NCBI GenBank assembly: GCA_963744995.1
Contig: CAVUWA010000002.1
Location: 192,001 to 256,000 of the forward strand
DNA: 64,000 nucleotides
Direction: 5' to 3'
Source: Candidatus Eiseniibacteriota bacterium
GTDB taxonomy: Bacteria > Eisenbacteria > RBG-16-71-46
Positions 54,817 to 64,000 of this stretch are shown piece after piece. Below the pieces are notes generated by a model that made no database searches, was not told the origin of the DNA, and saw only the letters and a program-made list of their open reading frames with translations. Within the stretch, counting starts at the first letter, position 1. Each line of letters begins with the position of its first letter. The position numbers and the translations under genes were made by a program.

Positions 54817-55656
54817 TCAGTTCATGTCGGCCAGGATCCGCCTGAGGTTCGCGCGGTGGGCCTCGATCGGCTCGCGGTCGTGCGCGTCGGGTCTCAGCTG
54901 CAGGTATTCTTTCAGGTCATCGAGGGCGAGCCCGTAGCGACGCAGGCGGTAGTGGAGCAGGCCGCGGTCGCGGATCTCGTCGGGGTCGCCCGGGTAGAGG
55001 ACCAGCAGGCGTTCCACCGCAAGCAGCGCGTTGGCGTCGTCCTCGGCGCGCAGGTAGGCCGCCTTGAGGTTGCGCAGCAGGCGCGTGATCATGTCGCGCT
55101 TGCTGGCCGCGGCCAGCAGGGCGTCGTGGTACTCGACGCGGCCGCCGGTGATCTCGTCCAGCATGCGGCGGCGGTCCTCTTCGTGCACCATCATGCCGCG
55201 GCGGTAAGGATCGATGATCAGATCCTCCTCCTCGCCGGTGAGGCGCACGAGGAAGTGCCCGGGGAAGCCGACGCCTTCGAGCGGCATGCCGATGCGGCGG
55301 CCGAGTTCCAGGAACAGGATACCGAGCGTCAGCGGAATGCCGCGGCGCCGCGCCATGACCTCGTTGAGCAGCGAATTGCTGGGACTGTAGTAGCTCTTCA
55401 CGTCCCCGCGGAGACCGAGATGCTCGAACGCGAAATTACGGAGGCGGGCCAGCTTCTGCAGGTTGTTGAAGCTGGGCTCCACGCGCCCCCGGAGCTCCTC
55501 GGCCCACGCGTCGATGCGGCGCAGCTCGCCCTGCACGTCCAGCCGCGGGTCGGATTCGGCGGCCACCAGCAGCGCCGCATGGACGAGGTCGAAGTCGGCG
55601 TCGGGACGGCCGACCATGCGGATGAAATCGGAGCGGATGCGTTCGTTGGCCTGCAT
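54817..55656 (-). CDS. SirB1/YchA-like transglutaminase-core protein with TPR
   Basis: YYSPSNSLLNEV..RRRGIPLTL, GVGFPGHF, RLLRNLK and EIRDRGL. Confidence 0.9.
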   Translation of the reverse strand: MQANERIRSDFIRMVGRPDADFDLVHAALLVAAESDPRLDVQGELRRIDAWAEELRGRVEPSFNNLQKLARLRNFAFEHLGLRGDVKSYYSPSNSLLNEVMARRRGIPLTLGILFLELGRRIGMPLEGVGFPGHFLVRLTGEEEDLIIDPYRRGMMVHEEDRRRMLDEITGGRVEYHDALLAAASKRDMITRLLRNLKAAYLRAEDDANALLAVERLLVLYPGDPDEIRDRGLLHYRLRRYGLALDDLKEYLQLRPDAHDREPIEAHRANLRRILADMN

Positions 55657-55682
55657 GTCCTCAATCGCTCCCCGCGTGGCGG

Positions 55683-56792
55683 TTGCGTTCGATGAAGCCC
55701 GGGCCCGCCATGCTGCGCCGTCGCCTGCTCGGCTGGTACCGGCGCCGGCGCCGCGATCTGCCCTGGCGCCGCTCGCGCGACCCGTACCGGATCTGGGTGT
55801 CGGAGGTCATGCTGCAGCAGACCCAGGTCGCGACGGCGATTCCATACTATCAAACCTTCCTCGAGCGCTTTCCCGACGTGGAGGCACTCGCGCGCGCGCC
55901 GATCGACGAGGTGCTCGCCGCCTGGGCCGGCCTCGGCTACTACCGCCGCGCGCGGCACCTGCACGCCGCCGCCGGGATCGTCGTTCGCGAGCATGCCGGC
56001 CGCGTGCCGCAGGACCCGGAAGTCTTCCGCCGGTTGCCGGGAGTCGGCCGCTACTCGACCGGGGCGGTCCTCTCCATTGGTTTCGACCTGCCGCTGCCGG
56101 CGCTTGACGGCAACGTGGCGCGGGTCCTGTCGCGGCTGTTCGCCCTGGACGCGGCGATCCGCGAGCCCGCGGGGGCGAAGCGGCTGTGGGCACTGGCGGA
56201 GTCGCTCGTCCCCGCCAGAGACGCCGGCGACTGGAACCAGGCGCTGATGGAGCTCGGGGCGACGCACTGCGCACCGCGCGCGCCCGACTGCGGCGCCTGT
56301 CCGGTGGCGGCGCTGTGCGCGGCGCACGGTGCAGGCCGGGTCGCCCATTACCCGCCGGTACCGCCGCGGCGCGCGCCGAAGCCGGTGCGCCTCGCGATCG
56401 CATGGATCGAGCGCGACGGACGCGTGCTGATGCGGAAGCGCACCGGCACCCGTCTGCTGGAAGGGCTCTGGGAGCTGCCCGCGGTCGAGGTGGAGAGCAT
56501 TCGTGGCGCCCACGCCGCGCTCGAGCGGCACCTCGCCCGCCTCGGACTGGACGTGCGCCTTGCCGGCCGCGCCCGCACGCTGCGCCACGCGCTCACGCAT
56601 CGCGCGTTCCATGCGAGCGTTTGGTGCGGGACGCTGGTGCGCGGCCGGCGCCTGCGTGCGGGCCAGCGCTGGGTGGATCCGCTGCGGCCCGACGTGCCGC
56701 TCACCGGGCTCGCACGGCGCATCGCGGCGGAAAGGCGCACCGCGCCGCCGGCGCGGACTGCGGCGCGCGGGCGCCGTCCGCCGGGGGGCTAG
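55683..56792 (+). CDS. mutY: A/G-specific adenine glycosylase
   Basis: RDLPWR, PYRIWVSEVMLQQT, WAGLGYYRRAR, LPGVGRY, DGNVARV, NQALMELGATHC..C..CP..C and a NUDIX-like tail. Confidence 0.95.
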   Translation: MRSMKPGPAMLRRRLLGWYRRRRRDLPWRRSRDPYRIWVSEVMLQQTQVATAIPYYQTFLERFPDVEALARAPIDEVLAAWAGLGYYRRARHLHAAAGIVVREHAGRVPQDPEVFRRLPGVGRYSTGAVLSIGFDLPLPALDGNVARVLSRLFALDAAIREPAGAKRLWALAESLVPARDAGDWNQALMELGATHCAPRAPDCGACPVAALCAAHGAGRVAHYPPVPPRRAPKPVRLAIAWIERDGRVLMRKRTGTRLLEGLWELPAVEVESIRGAHAALERHLARLGLDVRLAGRARTLRHALTHRAFHASVWCGTLVRGRRLRAGQRWVDPLRPDVPLTGLARRIAAERRTAPPARTAARGRRPPGG

Positions 56793-57070
56793 GCGCTCCG
56801 CGCCGCGTGGCGCAGCGCCTCGCGCACCGCTGCCGCGATCCCGTTCGCGTCGATGCCGAACGCCGCGAGCAGCTTCTCTTTCGATCCCGAGTGCGGCATC
56901 CCGCGCACGGCCAGGATCCGCACCGGGCAGCGCCCGGCGAGCAGGGCGGCGACGGCCTCGCCCAGACCGCCCTCCGGATGGTGGTCCTCGGCGGTGAGCA
57001 CGAGCCCGGTCGCGTCGGCTGTTCATCTACCCGAACGGGGCAGAGATCGACGACCCTGCCGGCGACATGG
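56789..57070 (-). pseudogene. Transketolase C-terminal domain remnant
   Basis: VLTAEDHHPEGGLGEAV...LAVRGMPHSG....LLAAFGIDA..I, preceded out of frame by RVVDL; no N-terminal domains. Confidence 0.75.
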
Positions 57071-57173
57071 TGGCGGTGCCGGACATGATCACCCCGGCGA
57101 GGTCGATGCGCTGGGGCGCGCTCAAGGCGAGGTACCGGTCGGGCACCGGCCCGTCGGATCGCCTGCACGCGCT

Positions 57174-59550
57174 TCAGAACCCCACCCGCAGCTGCCCGTA
57201 CACACCGCGCGTCGCCGCCGGGATGAAGTGCGGGACCAGCGCGCCCACCACGTCGTAGTCCATGTAGCCGCCCGTCGCATAGCGGGTGTCGAGCAGGTTG
57301 GTGACGCGCAGCGACAGCTCCGCACGGCCGGACCCCCACGGCACGCGCAACGCGGCCATCGCGTGCACGATCGTGTTCGGGCCGATGCTCGCGAGGATGT
57401 CCTCGTTGTTGTCCAGGTAGATGCGACCCGTGTAGTCCACGCCCAGCCCCGCGCGCGCGCCCTTCCAGCCCAGCACCAGGGCGGCGTGCGCCATGGTCTG
57501 CGGGAAGAAGCCGAGCGCGTTGCCGTCGTAGCGCAGCGTGTCGCCGGGCGCGGTCCCGTAGACCTCGCGGTACGAGTCGAAGTGGTTGTCGCCGAGCGTG
57601 GCGTTGCCCTGCAGCGTCACCTTGAGGTCGCGCGCCAGGGGCCGCTCGAGCGCGCCTTCCAGCTCGATTCCCTGATGCACCGATGACGCCGCGTTGCCGA
57701 CCACGGCGTAGCCGAGGTCGGTGTTGAACTGGCCCGCGAACACCAGCTCGTCCTCGAGATCCATGCGGAACAGCGTGGCACGCAGCCGCCACGACGGTCG
57801 CGACCACGCACCGCCCAGCTCCCAGTCGTTCACCTTCTCGGGTTTGACCAGCGGATCGCGGTAGATGTTGTTCGCGGTGTCGCTCACCCGGTAGAGCGGC
57901 GCGCTGCCCGGACCCTCGGCGTCGTAGAGATCGCGGAACGCCGGCTCGCGGCTCGAGCGCGCGAACGAGGCGTAGCCGCTGAGGTCCGCGCGCGGCGTCC
58001 ACATGAGGCCGAGGCGCGGGTTGAAGAAGTCGTAGGACTGATCGAAGCGGATGCGATCGAAGCGGTCGTCGCGCATGTGGTAGCCCTGATGCCGCCACGC
58101 GGCGTCCGCCGTGATGCGCCAGCGCGGCACGACCTCCCACTCGGCACGCGCGAACGCGCCCGCCGACAGCGTGCGCGGGTGATAGTCGTAGTAGCGCGGT
58201 TCGCCCTCGGTGCCGGGCGGCAGGCCGTTGCCGCTCAGCACCTCGCCCAGGTGGCGGCCGTCGGCGAAGCGCAACTCGCCGCCCGCGGTGAGCGCGCCCC
58301 ATGAGAACGACCGGCGCGCGCGCGGCACCCAGCCGAAGTGGCGGTTGACCACCGTGCGGCGGCGCACGACGTCGAACTTCGTCACGGTGACCCGCCCCTG
58401 GCCGTCGACGATCAGGTTGCCGTTCGAGTCCTGCGCGTAGTAGTCGCGGGGGTAGAGCGTGGAGTCGGTGGTCTGCCACTCGGGCAGCCGGAAGCCGGCG
58501 AGCGCGCGCCCGAAGCGCTGCTCGTCGTAGTAGCCGCTGCCGTCGTACCAGAACAGCGTCTGCGTGAGCGCCAGATCCGCCGCGGGCGTCCAGGTGTGGA
58601 TCAGCTCGTAATGCGGCTCGAAGAAATGGTCACGTTCTCCGGGGAACGTGATCGGGTTGTAGCGGCGGTCGCGGTCCGCGTCGCCGGTGATCATGCCGTC
58701 GAGATACGTTGCAGGCACGCCGAGATAGGCGAGGTGCGTTTCCTCCGGGCCGCCGTAGAGGTTCACGCGAATCTCCTGCGTGGCGGTACGGCGCCGCGCG
58801 GCGAGTGCGTACGACCACAGCTTCGAGAACGAATCGTCGCGGTAGCCGTCGGTCTCGATGCGCGAATAGCGCCCGTACAGGTTCCACCCGCCTGCGAGCA
58901 CGCCCGACCCCCCCTCGAGCATGAAGCGCCGCGTGTTCCACGAGCCGGTGGCGGCGAGCGCGTTGAGCTGCGGGGCGGAGGCGAACGGGCCGGTCTCGAC
59001 GTTCACCGCACCGCCCAGCGACGCGGCGCCGTACAGTGCCGAACCCACGCCGCGCTGCACCTGCACTTCGGCGGCCGAGGACAGCAGATCCGGGTGGTCG
59101 ATCCAGTAGACCTCGTGCGACTGCGGGTCGTTGAGCGGCACGCCGTTCACGAGCACGCTGATCCGCCGCTGCGGAAAGCCGCGCAGCGACAGGTACGAAT
59201 AGCCGATGCCGTTACCGGCGTCTGAGTACGCGTAGGCGCCGGGCAGCATGGCGAGCGCCATCGGCGTGTCCTGGCCGGTGTTGACGTCGCGCAGCGCGTC
59301 GCGGTCGAGCACCGAGCGCGTGACCGGCACGCGGTCGGACGCCCGCGAGGTGCTGACCTCGACACCCGGCAGCCGGACGACGTGCGGGAGCGTGTCGGGG
59401 ACCGCGCTCTGCGCGGCGGCGGCGCGCGCCGCGGCATGCGCCGGCGCGGTGGCCGCGATCAGAACGAGCAGCGCGAACGCGCCGTGACACGGCGGCGCGG
59501 CGGCGCCGGTTTCGTGCGCGGCGACTCGGGAGCGGGATGACGCGATGCAT
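57174..59550 (-). CDS. TonB-dependent receptor, probably for thiamine or a precursor (one indel in the first ~60 nt)
   Basis: GAGGAGG RBS before ATG 59550; signal peptide; plug motifs SDAGNGIGYSYLSLRG, NGVPLNDP and VQVQRGVGS; ends in F; lies in a TPP-riboswitch operon. Confidence 0.88.
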
Positions 59551-59570
59551 GGGCACCTCCTCGGGATCGC

Positions 59571-60977
59571 CTACGCGCGCGCGCTCGCGCGCCGCGCGTG
59601 AGCCCAGCCGGGCGCGAACGTCAGCAGCGACGCCGCGAGGCCGGCATAGATGGGTTCGATGGACAGGGGATAGACCGCCGAGCCGTCGGGCGCGGCGGTG
59701 CGGCTGAAGATCCAGAACGCGCTCACCGCAGCGGGGACCAGCATGGCGGCGATCGTCCAGCGCGGACCCGGCACGGTGCGCCCGACGAGCGCCCACCCGA
59801 CCGGCAGCAGCAGCGCGGGTGTCACCAGCGAGCCGAGGTCGTGCCAGAGACCGACCACGGTCTGCCGGGAGAGCGCGAGCGCCACCGAAAACGCCGCCGC
59901 GATCCACAGTCCGATGCGTGTGTAGGCGGGTACCGCGTCTTCGCTGGCGTCGTTGCGAAAGCGCCAGACCACGTCGCGGCCGAGCGTCGAGGCGGCGATG
60001 AAGCCGTAGGAGTCGATCGTGCTCATCACCGTGGCGAGCATGCCGACGAAGAAGAAGCCGAGCAGGCCGGGCGGCAGCACCGTCTCGGCCAGCGCGGGGA
60101 ACGCACGCACCGGATCGTCGAGCGCCGGCAGCAGGGCGCGGGCGTAGAGCCCGGTGGTCGTGGTGAGGAAGTCGAAGCCCATCCAGAACAGCACCGAGAC
60201 CAGCACGGCACGCCGTGCCACCTTCGGATCGCGCGCTGCGAACGCGCGCTGCCAGAAGGCCGGCTCGACCAGCGTGCCGAGGGCGATGAAGTACCAGACC
60301 AGCACCGCCTGCGGCGGGTTGCCGCCGTTCCAGGTGAAGTGCGTCGCCGGCAGCGCGCCGTGCAGGAAGCCGAGCCCGCCGTAGCGCAGGAACAGCACCG
60401 CCACGATCGCAATGAAGCCGCCGAACATCAGCACGAACTGGAACACGTCGGTGCGCACCACGGTCGGCAGACCGCCCGACTGGATGTAGAACACCGACAT
60501 CACGGCACCGGCGACCACGCACGCGGCGAACGGCAGGCCGGTCATCGTGGCGAGCAGGGTGCCGAGGATCAGCACGTACGCCGCCGGCGCTGCGGTCACG
60601 AACACCGCGACCGCGCCCACCAGCGCAGGGCCGCGCCCGTAGCGCCGCGCGAGCAGATCCGGGATCGTGTAGAGCGAGGCCTCGCGCGCGCGCCGCGCGA
60701 ACAGCCACGCGAACAGCAATGCGCCCACGTAATACGGAACGCCGAACACGAGCCAGTTGCTCACGCCGTAGCGCCACGTGTATTCGCCGACGCCGAGGAT
60801 GCCGCCGTACCAGGTCGAGACCAGCGACATCACCAGCGCCGGCAGCGTGAGCCGGCGCCCGGCGACCAGGTAGTCGACGGTGCTCGAGCGCGCGCCGCGC
60901 TCGCGCCACCACACGGCGCCGAGCACGGCCACGTAGAGCGCAACGAGCGCCCAGTCGAGCGGATGGGTGCTGAACAT
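59571..60977 (-). CDS. Sodium:solute symporter family protein
   Basis: DYLVAGRRL, SLVSTWYGG, TIPDLL..RYG, GGLPTVVRTD..Q, WQRAFAA and MSTIDS. Confidence 0.9.
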   Translation of the reverse strand: MFSTHPLDWALVALYVAVLGAVWWRERGARSSTVDYLVAGRRLTLPALVMSLVSTWYGGILGVGEYTWRYGVSNWLVFGVPYYVGALLFAWLFARRAREASLYTIPDLLARRYGRGPALVGAVAVFVTAAPAAYVLILGTLLATMTGLPFAACVVAGAVMSVFYIQSGGLPTVVRTDVFQFVLMFGGFIAIVAVLFLRYGGLGFLHGALPATHFTWNGGNPPQAVLVWYFIALGTLVEPAFWQRAFAARDPKVARRAVLVSVLFWMGFDFLTTTTGLYARALLPALDDPVRAFPALAETVLPPGLLGFFFVGMLATVMSTIDSYGFIAASTLGRDVVWRFRNDASEDAVPAYTRIGLWIAAAFSVALALSRQTVVGLWHDLGSLVTPALLLPVGWALVGRTVPGPRWTIAAMLVPAAVSAFWIFSRTAAPDGSAVYPLSIEPIYAGLAASLLTFAPGWAHARRASARA

Positions 60978-61047
60978 CCTGCCTTGCCCCGGGGCGGCGC
61001 GGCCGCGTCCCGACGGGCGCCGCTCATGCGGCGCTGCGCCCGCGCGG

Positions 61048-61079
61048 AAAGCGAAAACGCCGCCCGCGAAGGGACGGCG
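61048..61079 (-). terminator. Intrinsic terminator in the riboswitch expression platform
   Basis: CGCCGUCC-cuucgc-GGGCGGCG followed by UUUUCGCUUU. Confidence 0.7.
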
Positions 61080-61109
61080 CGAAGGAAGCAGGAGAGCCGA
61101 CTGTCCTTG

Positions 61110-61189
61110 CCGTTTCCCTACGCTGGTATGAGCCAGTTCAGGTTCGAAGGGTGTGCTCTCAGGCCCGCGCGGCGGGCCACCCCTAACGG
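61110..61189 (-). ncRNA. TPP riboswitch
   Basis: CCGUUAGGGGUGGCCCG...CGGGCCUGAGAGCACACCCUUCGAACCUGAACUGGCUCAUACCAGCGUAGGGAAACGG matches the THI-box consensus, with P1 CCGUU/AACGG. Confidence 0.95.
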
Positions 61190-61349
61190 AAGTGCTCGTG
61201 AATGACGAGCGGGGGGAAGGATGCGCTTCGCGAGGCGTCCGGTCAAGGGGTGCAGCCCGGCCCGGCCAATCCGGCTGCAGCCGGACGCGTCACCTTTCAC
61301 CGCGGCGCAGCGGCGGCTCCGCAGGTTCGCCCGCGCCGTCCGCAACGCC

Positions 61350-61560
61350 GTCGTCCGCAAGCCACTACATCGCCGACTCCACATATCGGAACGCACGGGC
61401 CCTGGCACGCGGCGTCTCGCGGAGGACTTCGAACATGCGCACCAGACCGAACTCCAGGACCCGGGAGATGACGAACGCGGTACGCAAGTCGTCGGGCGGC
61501 GAGCGGCGCTTCGCAAACGACGCCAGTTCGCGCAGCTCGGCGCCGGGGACAGTCAACGGC
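61350..61560 (-). pseudogene. Remnant of a small STAS/SpoIIAA-like protein
   Basis: RTAFVISRVLEFGLVRMFE...AFRYVESAM*WL. The usual A..WL ending is interrupted by TAG and the N-terminus is missing. Confidence 0.45.
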
Positions 61561-61612
61561 GGCCTCGAGCCCCCCTGCGTCGGAACGCCGTTTCAGCTCA
61601 TGGACTCCCGCA

Positions 61613-63041
61613 TCAGGGCATCGAATCGCGCGGCGCTCCGGTCGCGACCGGCCCCCACCAGTCGGCCGGGCCGTCCCTCCGTCCGGGCGCACCTGCCGCA
61701 GCGGTGAACAACGCCGCCTGCGGGTTGGAGGTCGTGCCGCCGTGGCGGAAGCGCACGCCCCACCAGCGCGTGCCGAGCGAATCGCGATGGACGAAGGCGC
61801 CGGGGCCGACGACCATCGAATCCGGGATGACCAGACGCCCTTCGAAGTAGGGCACCGGACGCTGCATCCACAGCAGGCGGGTGCGCAGCTGCGGCACGTA
61901 GCGGCGAAAGTAGAACAGGCTGTGGGTGTCGCCACAGAACAGGATGTCGCCGGGCCGGATCCGAGGCTCGATCGCGGCGCGCAGCCGCGCGTAGGTCGCG
62001 GCCTCCGGGAACGGTCCGGCGAGCCACATCGAGCGCGCGCCGAACAGCAGCACGATCGCAGCGGTCGCCCAGCGCGCCCAGGCCGGCCGTAGCGCCACGA
62101 CGCCACCTGCCACGAGCGCGCAGAACACCGGCAGCGTGAAGTACATGTAGCGCACCGCGAACAGGTGCGCGCCGGCCAGCGTCGCGGCGTAGGACACGAG
62201 CACCGGGCCGGTGGCGGCGATCCAGAGCAGCAGCGCGGGCCGCCGCTGTGCGCCGCGCAGGAGCGGCGCGACCGCCAGCACTCCGAACACCGGGATCATG
62301 TAGCCGGCGCCGTAGCTCAGATGACGCACCAGGTTGACGACCTGTCCCACGTGCGGCGGCTTGATCCAGTGCTGGTGCTCGAGACGCGCGTTCTGCTGGA
62401 GGAACACCGGCAGCTGCGGCAGGAACAGCACCGCGATCGCCGCATGCAGGCCGGCCCATGCGAGCCAGCGGCGCGGTGTCGCGCGCAGCGCCAGCAGCCC
62501 GGCGAGACCGGTGAACGCCAGCACCAGCCCGGCGAAATAGTGCGTGTAGAGCGCGAGCGTCCACGCCAGCCAGGTAACCCGCCGCGGCCCACGGCCGCGC
62601 GTCCTTGAGCCAGCGCCACGCGAACCACCATCCCCACACGAACAGCATCCAGAGCAGGGGATACGAGCGCACCTCCTGCGAGAAGTGCACATGCTGGGGG
62701 TGGATCGCCAGCATCGCTGCGGCAAGCAGTCCCGCGCCGCGGCCGAACATGTCGCGGGCGAGCAGGAACGTGCCGGCCACGGCCAGCGCGCCGAACGCGA
62801 CCGACGGCAGCCGGAGCCACAGGTCGGAGCCGCCCCCGAGGGCGTACCAGATCGCCACGAACGCGTTGTGCAGCGGCGGATGGACGTCCAGGCGCGCGAC
62901 CGCGAAGGCGCGGGCGAGTCCCTGATCCGCGGTGCGCAGCGTGTAGATCTCGTCCATCCACATCGGCGCGCGCAGGGCTTCGCGGATGGCGAGCAGAATG
63001 GCAACGGCCAGGATCGGCAGCAGCCAGGGGAAGCGCTTCAT
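61613..63041 (-). CDS. GT39/ArnT-like membrane glycosyltransferase, frameshift near 62570
   Basis: WMDE, DVHPPL, LRLPS and FSQEVRSY, continuing as LYTHYF...FLPQLP in the second frame. Confidence 0.85.
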
Positions 63042-63291
63042 GCCGGCGGGTCCTGCGCTTCACGCCCGACCCGCGTCATGACGCCCATCACGAAGCGCAC
63101 CGTGACGCGCTCGCCCGGGCGGAGGTCCGCGGCGCAATCGGAGGCCGGCACGCGGCCGACGCGCGGTGGCCGCGTCCGGCGGCCTCGCCGTCGATCGCGA
63201 CCCGCACGTCCACGTAGCGGTCGCCGTGGATGTCGACGGTCTGCGCATACAGCACCTCTCCGGCGCGGGTCTGCGGAAGCAGCAGGCTCAT
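63038..63291 (-). CDS. Small hypothetical protein (OB-fold-like), one frameshift
   Basis: MSLLLPQTRAGEVLYAQTVDIHGDRYVDVRVAIDG joins RVPASDCAADLRPGERVTVRFVMGVMTRV; ATGA overlap with the next gene. Confidence 0.55.
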
Positions 63292-63365
63292 GCGCGCAGC
63301 ATCCGCGCACCGCCGGGCGCGGTCAAGGCCGCAACTCGCCCTGCGACACCTGCGTAGCCTATGGT

Positions 63366-64000
63366 ATGGCCATGCCACATGGTTCGATGATCTGCCCGCA
63401 GTGCGGCAAGCTGATCGGGGTCGACGAGGAGAAGTGTCCGTTCTGCGGCGCATGGCGTCCGGGCATGTTCGGCATCACGCCGCGAATGCAGAAGCTGTTC
63501 GGACGGCACCTGGACGTGATCGGCGCGATCACGATCGCCTGCGTCGCGCTGTACGTCGTGGCGTTGCTGCTGCAGCCGTCGGCGATCTTCCAGATGCGCG
63601 GGATCTTTTCGATCCTGTCGCCCGGCGGGCGCGCGCTCTACCAGCTCGGGATGACCAGCGGCGCGGTGTGGCATGAAGGCTGGTGGTGGACGCTGCTCAC
63701 CGCGCAGTACCTGCATGGCGGCCTCCTGCACATCTTCTTCAACGTGATGTGGATCCGCTACCTCGGCCCCGAGGTGGAGGACGCCTGGGGACCGGCGCGG
63801 GCCTTCGTGGTCTTCAACGTCGCCGGCGTCGTCGGGTTCGTGCTCTCGGACGTGATCTCCGGCGCGCCGACGATCGGCGCCTCGGGCGCGATCTTCGGGA
63901 TGCTCGCGGCGCTGATCGTCTACTACCGGCGGCGGGGTATCGGCCACATGAGCGTGCGACTCTGGCAGTGGGCGCTGATCATGTTCGCCTTCGGGTTCTT
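63366..64000 (+). CDS. Rhomboid intramembrane serine protease with an N-terminal zinc ribbon (runs off the window edge)
   Basis: Manual translation: CPQCGKLI...CPFCG, WWTLLTAQYLHGGLLHIFFN and TIGASGAIFG. Confidence 0.9.
   Translation, partial: MAMPHGSMICPQCGKLIGVDEEKCPFCGAWRPGMFGITPRMQKLFGRHLDVIGAITIACVALYVVALLLQPSAIFQMRGIFSILSPGGRALYQLGMTSGAVWHEGWWWTLLTAQYLHGGLLHIFFNVMWIRYLGPEVEDAWGPARAFVVFNVAGVVGFVLSDVISGAPTIGASGAIFGMLAALIVYYRRRGIGHMSVRLWQWALIMFAFGF

Noticed and set aside
61365..61367. Pyrrolysine or amber readthrough
   Set aside because: A single TAG in a truncated remnant, with no pyl genes or methyltransferase context; many genes here use TAG as a normal stop.

Overview
A very GC-rich bacterial chromosomal window with about 50 genes. 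Two secreted proteins with FlgD-Ig-type C-terminal tails, several eukaryote-like Ser/Thr kinases and a TIGR02999-type ECF sigma factor suggest a Candidatus Eisenbacteria/Latescibacteria-like organism (inference only). Many single-base frameshifts, several in homopolymers, look like long-read consensus errors. Housekeeping and metabolic genes include glcD/glcE, a ChlI-like AAA ATPase with its vWA partner, pepT, a PLP decarboxylase, an S9 peptidase, a MATE exporter, murB, moaA, mutY and a rhomboid. A TPP riboswitch leads a sodium:solute symporter and a TonB-dependent receptor. Signals missed by the ORF track: (1) a 71-aa Rdx/SelW-type selenoprotein (CxxU, in-frame TGA, SECIS-like hairpin) at 41156-41371; (2) a lower-GC 1.8-kb cassette between two 545-bp direct repeats that differ mostly at synonymous sites, with no integrase nearby; (3) an HNH endonuclease gene whose linker is built from three 22-24 bp DNA palindromes; (4) a MITE-like element abutting the glcD promoter; (5) a ~6.9-kb repeat-built surface-protein gene divergent from an ECF sigma/kinase pair. 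No rRNA, tRNA or CRISPR array was seen.
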